From Desulfuromonadales bacterium (GTDB lineage: Bacteria; Desulfobacterota; Desulfuromonadia; Desulfuromonadales; Geopsychrobacteraceae): 64,000 nt of DNA. The stretch's first letter is position 1, and each line of letters starts with the position of its first letter. Below are positions 8,505-18,033 of this stretch, one piece after another. Location: positions 59,091-123,090 of the forward strand of contig JAVVDY010000005.1 in the NCBI GenBank assembly GCA_032251255.1, read 5' to 3'. The position numbers and the translations under genes were made by a program. A model generated the notes under the pieces. That model did no database searches, was not told the DNA's origin, and saw nothing but the letters and a program-made list of their open reading frames with translations.

Positions 8505-9809
8505 ATGACCCTTTTGGAAATGGCCCGGGCGGGCCAGATTAACGACCTCATGCGTCAGGCCGCCAGCGCCGAAAATATTGACCCGGAACTGCTGCGCCAG
8601 AAGATCGCGGACGGCACTGCCGTGATCTGTCGCAACATCAAGCATACAAATGCGCCCCCCCTAGCCGTTGGCGCAGGCCTGAGGACAAAAACCAACGCCA
8701 ATATCGGGACCAGCCAGGACGATACGAGCATCGATAAAGAGCTGGAAAAAGCCAAAGTTGCGGTTGCGGCCGGGGCGGATGCGATTATGGATCTCTCAAC
8801 CGGCGGCCCGATCGATGAGATTCGTGCGGCGATCGCCAACCAGACCGATATCTGTCTCGGCAGCGTTCCGCTCTATCAGGCCGCCTGCGATGCGGTCCTC
8901 AAGCAGGGCAAGCCGATCGTTGATATGACCGTCGATGATATTTTTGCCGGAGTCATCAAACACCTTGAGGATGGGGTTGACTTTATTACCGTCCACTGCG
9001 GAGTGACCCGCGACACGGTTGCCCGGATGGAGCAGGAAGGTCGGATCATGGAGGTCGTCTCACGGGGCGGTTCCTTCACCGTCGAGTGGATGCTTTACAA
9101 CAACGCGGAGAATCCCCTTTACGAACACTTTGACCGCCTGCTGGAGATCGTCCGCCCCTACGACGCGGTCCTTTCTCTGGGAGATGGCTTCCGCCCGGGC
9201 TGCCTCGCCGATGCCACCGACAGGGCCCAGATACATGAACTGCTGCTGCTCGGTGAACTGACCCAACGGGCTCAGGATGCCGGCATTCAGGTGATGATCG
9301 AAGGACCCGGTCATGTCCCGCTGAACCAGATCGAGGCCAACATCAAGCTGCAGAAACGACTCTGTCACGGCGCGCCGTTCTACGTGCTGGGTCCGCTGGT
9401 TACCGACATTGCCCCCGGGTACGACCATATCACCTCGGCGATCGGGGGAACTATTGCCGCGGCAGCCGGGGCTGACTTCCTCTGCTACGTCACCCCCAGC
9501 GAGCATCTGCGGCTACCAACGATCGAAGATGTCCACGAGGGGGTCATGGCTGCACGTATCGCCGCCCATGCTGCCGACATCGTCAAAGGCATTCCGGGCG
9601 CGATAGAAAAAGATCATGCCATGGCCCGTTGCCGAAAGGAGTTGGACTGGCCCGGTCAGTTCAAGCTGGCGATTGATCCCGACAAGGCGAGACGCTTGAG
9701 GGCCGAATCGGGAGTCGACGAAGAGCATGGCGCCTGTACCATGTGCGGAGCCCTCTGCGCTTACAAAGTGATGAATGAGCGACACGAAAAGGAAACGACA
9801 ACCACTTGA
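8505..9809 (+). CDS. thiC: Phosphomethylpyrimidine synthase (short anaerobe-type ThiC, radical SAM)
   Basis: 434 aa. TKTNANIGTS, DLSTGG, VPLYQA, HCGV, MIEGPGHVP, and the C-terminal CTMCGALC Fe-S motif. Confidence 0.95.
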   Translation: MTLLEMARAGQINDLMRQAASAENIDPELLRQKIADGTAVICRNIKHTNAPPLAVGAGLRTKTNANIGTSQDDTSIDKELEKAKVAVAAGADAIMDLSTGGPIDEIRAAIANQTDICLGSVPLYQAACDAVLKQGKPIVDMTVDDIFAGVIKHLEDGVDFITVHCGVTRDTVARMEQEGRIMEVVSRGGSFTVEWMLYNNAENPLYEHFDRLLEIVRPYDAVLSLGDGFRPGCLADATDRAQIHELLLLGELTQRAQDAGIQVMIEGPGHVPLNQIEANIKLQKRLCHGAPFYVLGPLVTDIAPGYDHITSAIGGTIAAAAGADFLCYVTPSEHLRLPTIEDVHEGVMAARIAAHAADIVKGIPGAIEKDHAMARCRKELDWPGQFKLAIDPDKARRLRAESGVDEEHGACTMCGALCAYKVMNERHEKETTTT

Positions 9810-9907
9810 TTGGGGGTTTCGGCTCCAGATTGAGCTTAAACCCATTTTCTCTGTTATTGGCTGCCCGCATGGTTGCGGGCAGCTCGCACCAGTGAGACAA
9901 ATGCCCT

Positions 9908-10720
9908 ATGTGCGCAAAAAAAATGACACGGCCCCGCCGGAGCCGCAAACTGAGGCTTAAAGGGTTCAACAACCTGACCAAAACCCTTTCATTCAATATC
10001 TACGACATCTGCTATGCCAAACAACCGCAAGCACGCAAAGAGTATCTTGAATACATAGATGAGGAATATAACTCGGATCGCCTGACCCGTATCCTCACCG
10101 AGGTCGCAGATATCATCGGGGCAAACATCCTGAACATTTCCAGTCAGGATTACGACCCGATGGGGGCCAGTGTCACGATCCTCATTGCCGAGGAGCCCCT
10201 GACGCCGCAATCGGAAGAGACCGCGGCCCTGCAGTCAGAACAGGTCCTGGCCCATCTGGACAAAAGCCACCTCTGTGTCCACACCTACCCTGAAAGCGCT
10301 CCGAAAAGCGGCATCTCCACCTTCCGGGTCGATGTGGATGTATCAACCTGTGGCAAGATCAGCCCCCTCAAGGCCCTCAATCACCTGATCAACTCCTTTG
10401 AGTCTGACATTGTGCTGGTCGATTACAAGGTCCGTGGTTTTACCCGCGACATCCAGGGGAACAAACACTATATCGACCACAAAATTCAATCGATCCAGCA
10501 GTTTATCCGCAAATCGATTCGCGACCTCTACCAGTGCGTCGATATCAACATCTACCAGGAAAATCTTTTTCACACCAAGATGCTGCTCAAGGACTTCAAC
10601 CTGGAAACATACCTGTTTGCCACGGCCTATGAAGACTTTTCCGATGCGGAGAAGCATCAGGTCAAGCAGTTGTTGCAAAGGGAAATGACCGAAATATTCT
10701 ATTCCAAAAACGTTTACTGA
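9908..10720 (+). CDS. speD: S-adenosylmethionine decarboxylase proenzyme (E. coli type)
   Basis: Collinear with E. coli SpeD: [21 protein letters not shown]...[27 protein letters not shown]...[15 protein letters not shown] (the K-S self-cleavage site is retained). The start is uncertain: ATG at 9908 or ATG at 9923. Confidence 0.9.
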   Translation: MCAKKMTRPRRSRKLRLKGFNNLTKTLSFNIYDICYAKQPQARKEYLEYIDEEYNSDRLTRILTEVADIIGANILNISSQDYDPMGASVTILIAEEPLTPQSEETAALQSEQVLAHLDKSHLCVHTYPESAPKSGISTFRVDVDVSTCGKISPLKALNHLINSFESDIVLVDYKVRGFTRDIQGNKHYIDHKIQSIQQFIRKSIRDLYQCVDINIYQENLFHTKMLLKDFNLETYLFATAYEDFSDAEKHQVKQLLQREMTEIFYSKNVY

Positions 10721-10730
10721 GGGTGCTGAC

Positions 10731-11945
10731 ATGTGTCGACACATTATCCCCTTTCTGCTGATCTCCCTTTTTCTGGCCGGGTGTACAGGACCTGTGCAAC
10801 TCGGCAATCCTGAACTGCCCTATCCTCCAAAGCAGAAGGCTGTCATTGGCGGGGTTATCCACCTGCCGACCGGTGTGGAGACCGACCGCTCAACCATGCT
10901 CGAGCATACCCAGCAAGCCAGAATTGTTTATGTCGGAGAGACCCACGACAGTCCGGCATCGCATGATCTGCAGTTGGAGATTCTCAGCCACCTGCAACGG
11001 CAGAATCCTGGCAACATCGCCCTGGCGATGGAGATGTTCACCCCTGACCAGCAGGAGACGCTGGACCGCTGGACAGACGGCAAACTGACGGAAAAAGAGT
11101 TCATCAAAGAGGCAAAGTGGTATCAGAACTGGAAAATGAACTTTGCCTACTACCGGCCGCTGCTTACCTTTGCGCGGGACAACCGGATACCGGTTATCGG
11201 CATTAATGCGCCCAAGGATCTGGTCAGTGCGGTCGGCATGGTCCCAATCGAGGAGCAGCCGGAGGAGATTCGAGAGCGCCTCCCCGAATTCGACTTAGGT
11301 GATCCCTACCAGCGAGCCATGGCCAAGGCGATCTATGCAGACCACCCCGTCAGCGACGCCATGAGAGACGGGTTTCTGCGCATCCAGACCCTGTGGGACG
11401 AAAGCATGGCAGAAAATCTGGTCGACTATCTGCAAAGCCAGCAAGGTCGGGACAAACAGGTCATGGTCGTGGCCGGCGGGAATCACGTCAGTTACGGCTT
11501 CGGTATTCCAAGGCGGGCTTTCCGGCGGCTGCCGCTCAGCTATCTGCTGATCGGCTCGAGGACCATTGAAATCGCCGAGGACAAACAGGTCGAGACGATG
11601 AAAGTCTCCATGCCGCGATTCCCCATGCCCCCCTACCATTTCATGACCTACACCCGTTATGAAAATCTGCCCGAAGAGGGCGTCAAGCTGGGCGTACACC
11701 TTAAAGAGCAGGAACAGGAGGTTACCGTCATCTCTGTGGTCCCCGGTTCGGCGGCGGAACATGCCGGCTTGCAGGCGGACGACATCCTGCGCAAGATTGG
11801 AGCTATCGGAATCCAGGAAACATTCGACCTGGTCCATGAACTCAACCAGTTGCAAGCGGAAGATCGGGTAACGCTCGAAATTGACCGGGCTGGCGAGATG
11901 CTGGAAATTGAAGTCGATTTCTCTAAAGCTGAAACCCACCCCTGA
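10731..11945 (+). CDS. Lipoprotein with a ChaN / Tiki-superfamily domain fused to a C-terminal PDZ domain
   Basis: Lipobox LFLAGC. ARIVYVGETHDSPASHDLQLEIL...MEMF...IGINAP matches the ChaN (DUF399) pattern. The C-terminal VISVVPGSAAEHAGLQADDILRKIG is PDZ-like. Confidence 0.7.
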   Translation: MCRHIIPFLLISLFLAGCTGPVQLGNPELPYPPKQKAVIGGVIHLPTGVETDRSTMLEHTQQARIVYVGETHDSPASHDLQLEILSHLQRQNPGNIALAMEMFTPDQQETLDRWTDGKLTEKEFIKEAKWYQNWKMNFAYYRPLLTFARDNRIPVIGINAPKDLVSAVGMVPIEEQPEEIRERLPEFDLGDPYQRAMAKAIYADHPVSDAMRDGFLRIQTLWDESMAENLVDYLQSQQGRDKQVMVVAGGNHVSYGFGIPRRAFRRLPLSYLLIGSRTIEIAEDKQVETMKVSMPRFPMPPYHFMTYTRYENLPEEGVKLGVHLKEQEQEVTVISVVPGSAAEHAGLQADDILRKIGAIGIQETFDLVHELNQLQAEDRVTLEIDRAGEMLEIEVDFSKAETHP

Positions 11946-11971
11946 AGCCTGCCTGTGTGGCATCCATCCAG

Positions 11972-12006
11972 AAGGCCCGCCTGGCAACAGGCCGGGCCTT
12001 TTTCTT
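11972..12006 (+). terminator. Intrinsic terminator after the ChaN-PDZ gene
   Basis: aaggcccgcctg-gcaa-caggccgggcctt hairpin followed by TTTTTC. Confidence 0.75.
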
Positions 12007-12102
12007 ACCCCCCTCCTTCCACACCGAACTCCCGCTGGTAAAAAGCAGCCATCCATCTTTCCGGATCACCTGTCAGACCAGGTACCTCTCAGCTTGACCG
12101 GC

Positions 12103-12138
12103 AAAAAAAACCCCGTGACCTAGGAGGGGATCACGGGG
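12103..12138 (-). terminator. Intrinsic terminator, minus strand
   Basis: Minus strand reads ccccgtga...tcacgggg followed by TTTTTTTT (plus-strand a-run at 12103-12110). It is the only terminator-like element downstream of the small gene at 12372-12554. Confidence 0.7.
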
Positions 12139-12371
12139 CAAGGATTTGGGAGGTATTTCTTGGAAAGCTTTGTCATTCTTTTCAACGATCCGCCTGCCAC
12201 AACGAAGCGTTGATGGTCTATATATTACCTTTTTAGTCAGATATGTCAACCAAAAAATGGCCGTTTTTGAAATTAATTTTCAAAAAGACCTATCTACCTG
12301 TTTTGTAAATGTTTTTTTTAAAATAGTTCGAACTAACGCAGAAGCTAACAGCTGGCACAGCCAGGAAATGC

Positions 12372-12554
12372 TCAGACAGACCTGCTCTGATGCTGGGCAG
12401 GGCTTCTTCTGCGGCGTATCGGGTCACGATTGACATCAACCCAACCGTCAGAACGCTTGAAACTCTCTATCCGCTTACTGACAATCAGGTCCTGCAGGGC
12501 GTGGGGGTGGACCTGGCTGAACGTTCCATCTGCGTATTTGACCGGAATCATCAT
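12372..12554 (-). CDS. Small hypothetical protein (60 aa)
   Basis: ATGATG start preceded by AGGAG at correct spacing. Sequence is MMIPVKYADGTFSQVHPHALQDLIVSKRIESFKRSDGWVDVNRDPIRRRR.... It resembles small proteins I have seen in Geobacter-type genomes, but I cannot name the family reliably. Confidence 0.55.
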   Translation of the reverse strand: MMIPVKYADGTFSQVHPHALQDLIVSKRIESFKRSDGWVDVNRDPIRRRRSPAQHQSRSV

Positions 12555-12842
12555 GCGTCAAAACTCCTGAGCCGTGCAGGCCGATATCTACTCACCGCCC
12601 CTCCCCCGCAGACAATCAATGAAAGCTGTTTTATCTGCCTGTCAATTTTGCCATTCCCGTTCATCAACTGCAACCCCTTTTACTGCAGGACAGGATATCC
12701 GACTGATAAAAGACAGATACGTTATTATCCGTAAAAAAATCGCCCCTGGAGAACAAAGCAGGACTGTCGTAAAGCACACGTCCGGCCTTGAGGAGCATCG
12801 GTGATTGGCCGATTTCAACAAGCTGACAGTAAAGCACCCCTT

Positions 12843-12880
12843 AAAGGGAAAGGGCCGCGTCCCGTCCTGGAAGCGGCCCT
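12843..12880 (-). terminator. Intrinsic terminator after fba
   Basis: agggccgc / gcggccct stem. On the minus strand it is followed by TTTCCCTTT. Confidence 0.65.
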
Positions 12881-12905
12881 CTACAACATGCAGCAAGCAG
12901 ACAAA

Positions 12906-13886
12906 TCAGGCCTTACCGGCGCTCCCCAGAACAGCCTGATTTTTGTGCTTGATCAGTTCAATCAATTCAGCGCGGGCAGCGCCAAGATATTTACGCGGAT
13001 CGAATTCGCCCGGATGATTTGCAAGAAACTCGCGGATTTTGGCGGTCACCGCAAGACGGCCATCGGAATCGATATTAATCTTGCAAACAGCACTCTTGGC
13101 GGCCTTGCGCAGCTGCTCTTCCGGCACACCGACCGCTCCGTCCATCTTGCCCCCATACTGATTGATCAGCTCAACATAGGACTGCACCACGCTGGAGGCC
13201 CCGTGCAGCACAATCGGGAAGCCGGGAATCCGCTTTTCGATCTCTTCGAGGATATCGAATCGCAGTGGCGGAACCGATTCCCCCGGGCCCAGTTTGAACT
13301 TGTAGGCACCGTGACTGGTCCCGATAGAGATAGCCAGCGAATCAACGCCGGTCTTCTTGACAAAATCCTCCACCTCTTCCGGCTTGGTATACGTCGATGC
13401 TTCGGCGACCACATCATCTTCGATCCCGGCCAGCACCCCCAGTTCCCCTTCGACGGTCACATCACGTTCATGGGCATACTCAACGACCTGACGGGTCAGG
13501 GCGACGTTTTCATCGTAAGGGAGATGGGACCCGTCAATCATCACTGATGAAAATCCCGAATCAATGCATGACTTGCACAGCTCGAAGGAATCCCCATGGT
13601 CCAGGTGCAGGACAATGGGGATATCCTTCCCCATCTCTCGCGCCATCTCCACCGCACCCATCGCCATGTAACGCAGCATGGTTTCGTTGGCGTAACTCCT
13701 GGCCCCTTTGCTGACCTGGATGATCACCGGCGAATCGGTCTCCGCACAGGCGGTGATAATCGATTGTAGCTGTTCAAGGTTGTTGAAATTATAAGCTGGG
13801 ATGGCATAACCGCCATCCACCGCTTTGCGAAATATTTCCCGCGAATTCACCAATCCCAGGTCTTTGTAGCTGACAACATCACTCAT
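12906..13886 (-). CDS. fba: Class II fructose-1,6-bisphosphate aldolase
   Basis: 326 aa. AIPAYNFNNLEQ...PVIIQVSKGA...LHLDHG...SVMIDGS...GELG...IGTSHGAYKF...LVLHGASS. Confidence 0.95.
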   Translation of the reverse strand: MSDVVSYKDLGLVNSREIFRKAVDGGYAIPAYNFNNLEQLQSIITACAETDSPVIIQVSKGARSYANETMLRYMAMGAVEMAREMGKDIPIVLHLDHGDSFELCKSCIDSGFSSVMIDGSHLPYDENVALTRQVVEYAHERDVTVEGELGVLAGIEDDVVAEASTYTKPEEVEDFVKKTGVDSLAISIGTSHGAYKFKLGPGESVPPLRFDILEEIEKRIPGFPIVLHGASSVVQSYVELINQYGGKMDGAVGVPEEQLRKAAKSAVCKINIDSDGRLAVTAKIREFLANHPGEFDPRKYLGAARAELIELIKHKNQAVLGSAGKA

Positions 13887-14108
13887 CGATTTCTACCTCC
13901 ATTGCAAAGTTGGAATATTCTGAACCAATGAAGAGAAACTACGATTCAGAGATAAAAATGAGGAACGCGATACTAATAACAGCAGATCCGTCTCTTGTCC
14001 AGAGAAGTGTGAATCGCCACTCGTCAATCCATGTCAGACAAGAAAATGGCCCGCTCGTTAAACCGGGCTGGCCATTTTGTCATGCAGGTATTTGATCTGG
14101 TCTCATAG

Positions 14109-15623
14109 CTAGCCCGCGTACAGGGCCCGTGACGGGAAGTCCGGATCGCTGGTCAGGTTGACCCCGAGCCTGCGCAGGCCAGCTTCATCCCCCGGTGTCG
14201 GAATATGGGTCAGGTGCATTTCGCAGTTTTTCAGCTGTTTCAACTTGGCCATGGCCATCTGGCTGGTCGGGTTGGTCGTGGTGCTGACACTCAAGGCGAT
14301 CAAGGTTTCTTCCAGATCAAGGCTGATGCTCTTGCTGCTGAGAATATCTTTTTTCAAACTGCCGATCGATTCGATGATCCCCGGGGCCAGCAGGTGAATA
14401 TCGTCCGGAATCCCGGCCAGTATCTTGATGGCATTGAGGACAACACTGGAAGCGGCGTGCATCAGGGGTGAGTTCTTGCCGGTGACAATGGTCCCATCAT
14501 GCAGCTCGATCGCCGCTCCGCAGTAGATCCCCTCGTTTCCCTTGCCTTTCATTGCGCCGTTTTCAATAGAGCCCCTGGCCGGTTCGACAACGCTGCGCCC
14601 TTCCGGTTTCAGGTCCAGCTCCTTCATGATCAGCTCTGACCTCTGGACCGTTTCCGCATCGACATAGCCCAGCGCGTACTCACAACGATAGCGGAAGAAC
14701 CGGCTGATGATTTCCTGTTTGGCCGCCTCGCTGACCAGTTCATCATCGACAATGCCGAAGCCGGCCATGTTGACACCCATGTCGGTGGGGGAGCTATAGA
14801 CCTCGTGCCCCATGATTTTGTTGAGGATGCGCTTGAGGACCGGAAAGACCTCGATGTCACGATTATAATTGATGGCGGTCTGGTTGTATTTCCCAAGGTG
14901 ATACGGGTCGATCATGTTGAAATCCCCCAGGTCGGCGGTTGCGGCTTCATAGGCCACATTGACCGGATGCTTCAGCGGAATGCTCCAGATCGGGAAGGTT
15001 TCAAACTTGGCGTACCCTGAATTTTTGCCCTGCTTGTGCTCATGATACATCTGCGACAGGCAGGTGCCGAGCTTGCCGCTGCCCGGCCCGGGACCGGTGA
15101 CGATCACCAGGGGGTGGGTTGTCTCGATGTAGTCGTTGGCGCCGTAGCCTTCATCGCTGACGATCGTATCGACATCGGTCGGATAGCCCTTGGTGAAGCG
15201 GTGCGTGTAGACCTTGATATGGCGGCGTTCCAGCTTGTTCTTGAAAATATTGACCGCGGGCTGGTCTTCGAAGCGGGTGATCACCACGGCCGTGACGTCG
15301 ATTCCCCAACTGCGCAGGTCGTCGATCTGGCGCATGACATCGACATCATAGGTGATGCCGAAATCCGCCCGCATCTTGCGCCGCTCGATATCCCCCGCAT
15401 AGATACAGAGGATGATATCTGCGTTCCCTTTGAGCTTCTGCAGGAGCTGCATTTTGACATTGGGTGAGAACCCGGGCAGGACTCTGGCTGCGTGGTAATC
15501 GAACATGATCTTGCCGCCGAATTCGAGGTAGAGCTTGTTGTCAAACTTCTGCACCCGCTCGAGGATTTTTTCGTGTTGTTCCTGAAGGTACTTTTCGTTG
15601 TCGAAGCCGGCAGCCTTGCCCAT
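14109..15623 (-). CDS. DUF1846 / UPF0371 family protein (function unknown)
   Basis: 504 aa. The N-terminus [18 protein letters not shown]...[23 protein letters not shown] is characteristic of UPF0371. GGAGGATG RBS. Confidence 0.8.
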   Translation of the reverse strand: MGKAAGFDNEKYLQEQHEKILERVQKFDNKLYLEFGGKIMFDYHAARVLPGFSPNVKMQLLQKLKGNADIILCIYAGDIERRKMRADFGITYDVDVMRQIDDLRSWGIDVTAVVITRFEDQPAVNIFKNKLERRHIKVYTHRFTKGYPTDVDTIVSDEGYGANDYIETTHPLVIVTGPGPGSGKLGTCLSQMYHEHKQGKNSGYAKFETFPIWSIPLKHPVNVAYEAATADLGDFNMIDPYHLGKYNQTAINYNRDIEVFPVLKRILNKIMGHEVYSSPTDMGVNMAGFGIVDDELVSEAAKQEIISRFFRYRCEYALGYVDAETVQRSELIMKELDLKPEGRSVVEPARGSIENGAMKGKGNEGIYCGAAIELHDGTIVTGKNSPLMHAASSVVLNAIKILAGIPDDIHLLAPGIIESIGSLKKDILSSKSISLDLEETLIALSVSTTTNPTSQMAMAKLKQLKNCEMHLTHIPTPGDEAGLRRLGVNLTSDPDFPSRALYAG

Positions 15624-16190
15624 AGGGAAACATCCTCCATTGGTGGATAAGATTATAAAAACAGGGATTTGTCAGCGAGCGATCGGTATCGGTGGGCCTG
15701 AATCATCCTTTGTGCAGATAGATTCGGTTCCATAGCGATCCCCATCTCTTCTACAGCATGCCCCAAACCTTGTCAAACAAGGTTCGCTGGATCGAAAATA
15801 ATCAGGGCATAATCCCTGTTTTGATGTTGGGAAAATGTTCCTCGGTCACTATCACGAGACAAAAACGCTATCTTCCAAAATGTCCTCCCCGACCAACTCC
15901 CACAAAATCTACGTACACTTCTTTTTATAAAATTTCCGTTGTTCCGGACTTGAAACCGGGCATGGCGTGACCACCCGTCCGATAACAGGTCGTCAGCCAT
16001 GTCGAGGGTTACGGGTTCCATTTCAGCCCATTGAACACGCCGGCATCTATCAACCGCAGGAAATCGGGAAAGAAGTTGCATTGCCACCGGACATTGATTA
16101 GTATACCCGCGATTTTTGATTCCAGAAAAATGCGAAAGGCTGCAGAGGAAAGTCCGTTCTCGTGACCCATAGCACGAAAGGCTGGCACAG

Positions 16191-17636
16191 ATGAGCATGC
16201 AAAAAGCAGAAGAGTATTTCAGGGACTGGAAGGAAAGAGAAGAGCTGGCAGAAGCGATGATCCCCATGATCGGCCATCTCTACCGCGAATGTGAAGTTAT
16301 CTGTAACATTTACGACCGCACGCTGGTCCACAAATCGGCCATCGAAATTCTGCGGGTTCACCGTTTCGCCCGCCAGATTATCGACAAGGAGCTCTGGGTC
16401 AGTGACACCCTGCCTATTCTGTTTGCCATCTCCAAGCTTGACCTGGCTCCCGGAAAGATCGATCTGGCCAAACTGGCGATCCGCTACCAGGAGGTCAAGA
16501 ACCGGATCAACATCGACAAATTCGTGGCTCAACAGCTGGCGGATCTGAACACCGGAAAATCACGCCAATTGACTGAACCACGCGATGTCGTCCTCTACGG
16601 TTTCGGCCGCATCGGTCGCCTGCTGGCACGCATTCTGATCGACCAGGTCGGCGGCGGCAACAAACTGCGCCTGCGGGCAGCTGTGGTCCGCAAAGGGGGG
16701 GACGAGGACCTGACCAAACGCGCCAGCCTGCTGCGCCGCGATTCGGTCCACGGGCATTTTGCCGGAACCATCCGGGTTGATGAAGAAGAGAACGCCATCA
16801 TTGCCAACGGCAACATGATCCGGATCATCTATGCAGATTCACCTGACACTATCGACTACACAGCCTACGGCATCAATAATGCCATTATCATCGACAATAC
16901 CGGCAAGTGGCGCGACCGGGACGGGCTGGGCCTGCACCTCAAATCGAAGGGGATTTCCCAGGCCCTGCTGACGGCACCGGGTAAGGGGGACGTGCCCAAC
17001 ATCGTCTACGGGGTCAATCACGAGCTGCTGCAAGGGGATGAGCCGATCGTCTCTGCGGCCAGCTGTACCACCAATGCTATCGTGCCGGTATTGAAGGCGA
17101 TGAATGACAGGTTCGAGATCGTCAATGGACATGTCGAAACCTGTCACTCCTACACCAACGACCAGAACCTGATCGACAACTACCATAAAAAGAATCGCCG
17201 GGGACGGAGCGCCCCGCTGAACATGGTCATAACAGAAACCGGCGCGGCCAGTGCCGTTGCCAAGGCCCTGCCTGAGTTGACCGGCAAACTGACCGGCAAT
17301 GCCATCAGGGTCCCGACGCCCAATGTTTCGCTGGCAATCCTCAACCTGACCCTGGCCCGGGACACCACTGTGGATGAGGTCAACAATTACCTGCGCGATC
17401 TCTCTCTCGACTCGCCGCTGCAGGACCAGATCGACTATACCAACTCCCCGGAAGTCGTTTCCACTGACCTGGTCGGGTCGCCATACGCCGGCATTGTCGA
17501 CTCACTGGCGACAATCGTTCAGGGCAACCGCTGCGTGCTGTATGTCTGGTACGATAATGAATACGGTTATAGCTACCAGGTCGTCCGCCTGGTCGAAAGA
17601 CTCTCTGGTATGGGACTTGAGCACTTCCCGCGCTGA
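16191..17636 (+). CDS. gap: Glyceraldehyde-3-phosphate dehydrogenase, long (~480 aa) form with an N-terminal extension
   Basis: The N-terminal extension (...WKEREELAEAMIPMIGHLYR...) resembles the long Pseudomonas-type GAPDH. It is followed by VLYGFGRIGR, the catalytic SCTTNA motif and WYDNEYGYS. Confidence 0.92.
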   Translation: MSMQKAEEYFRDWKEREELAEAMIPMIGHLYRECEVICNIYDRTLVHKSAIEILRVHRFARQIIDKELWVSDTLPILFAISKLDLAPGKIDLAKLAIRYQEVKNRINIDKFVAQQLADLNTGKSRQLTEPRDVVLYGFGRIGRLLARILIDQVGGGNKLRLRAAVVRKGGDEDLTKRASLLRRDSVHGHFAGTIRVDEEENAIIANGNMIRIIYADSPDTIDYTAYGINNAIIIDNTGKWRDRDGLGLHLKSKGISQALLTAPGKGDVPNIVYGVNHELLQGDEPIVSAASCTTNAIVPVLKAMNDRFEIVNGHVETCHSYTNDQNLIDNYHKKNRRGRSAPLNMVITETGAASAVAKALPELTGKLTGNAIRVPTPNVSLAILNLTLARDTTVDEVNNYLRDLSLDSPLQDQIDYTNSPEVVSTDLVGSPYAGIVDSLATIVQGNRCVLYVWYDNEYGYSYQVVRLVERLSGMGLEHFPR

Positions 17637-17671
17637 AAACATGTTCGGCCAGCCATGACATCACGTCAGAG

Positions 17672-17725
17672 TCATAAACAGAGAAGGGCACAACCGGTTT
17701 CGGTTGTGCCCTTCTCTGTTTATGA
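17672..17725. terminator. 25-bp perfect hairpin between convergent gap and rpsU (probable bidirectional terminator)
   Basis: tcataaacagagaagggcacaaccg-gttt-cggttgtgcccttctctgtttatga read directly. There is no clean U-run on either side. Confidence 0.6.
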
Positions 17726-17742
17726 CTGTTGATTCTTATCGT

Positions 17743-17940
17743 TTAGCTGAATCGACGCATGGCGCGCTGCTTCTTGCGCAGCCGGCGTTGCGCTTCTTTT
17801 TCCTTGCGCTTCTTTTTCACGCTCGGCTTTTCGTAAAACTTGCGCTGCTTCATTTCGCGGAAGAGACCTTCCTGCTGCAGCTTGCGCTTAAGCACCTTGA
17901 TGGCCTTCTCAACATTGCCATCCATGACTGTAATTTCCAC
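17743..17940 (-). CDS. rpsU: 30S ribosomal protein S21
   Basis: 65 aa. ...VEKAIKVLKRKLQQEGLFREMKQRKFYEKPS.KKKRK.... Confidence 0.95.
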   Translation of the reverse strand: MEITVMDGNVEKAIKVLKRKLQQEGLFREMKQRKFYEKPSVKKKRKEKEAQRRLRKKQRAMRRFS

Positions 17941-18033
17941 GGGCGAATCACCTCACTCTCGTTGCTGGTCTGCGAGCAAAGCCCGCGAAAGTGGGTTTAT
18001 AGCCTTCATTCAGGGCTGAAGTCAAGATTTTTC

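Noticed and set aside
12146-12433. 95-aa plus-strand ORF (TTG start) in the AT-rich spacer
   Set aside because: It overlaps the better-supported small minus-strand gene. Its translation is Phe/Asn/Val-rich junk typical of AT-rich non-coding DNA, and it crosses the near-palindrome.
16145-16156. GAGGAAAGUCCG, the hallmark P4 motif of RNase P RNA
   Set aside because: The match is isolated. It lies 35 nt before the well-supported gap start codon, so there is no room for a 350-400 nt RNase P RNA, and none of the other conserved RNase P helices follow.
16183-16197. TGGCAC motifs at 16183 (before gap) and at 12351
   Set aside because: The downstream GC dinucleotide is out of register (spacing off by one, or absent). 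The first motif overlaps the gap start codon.
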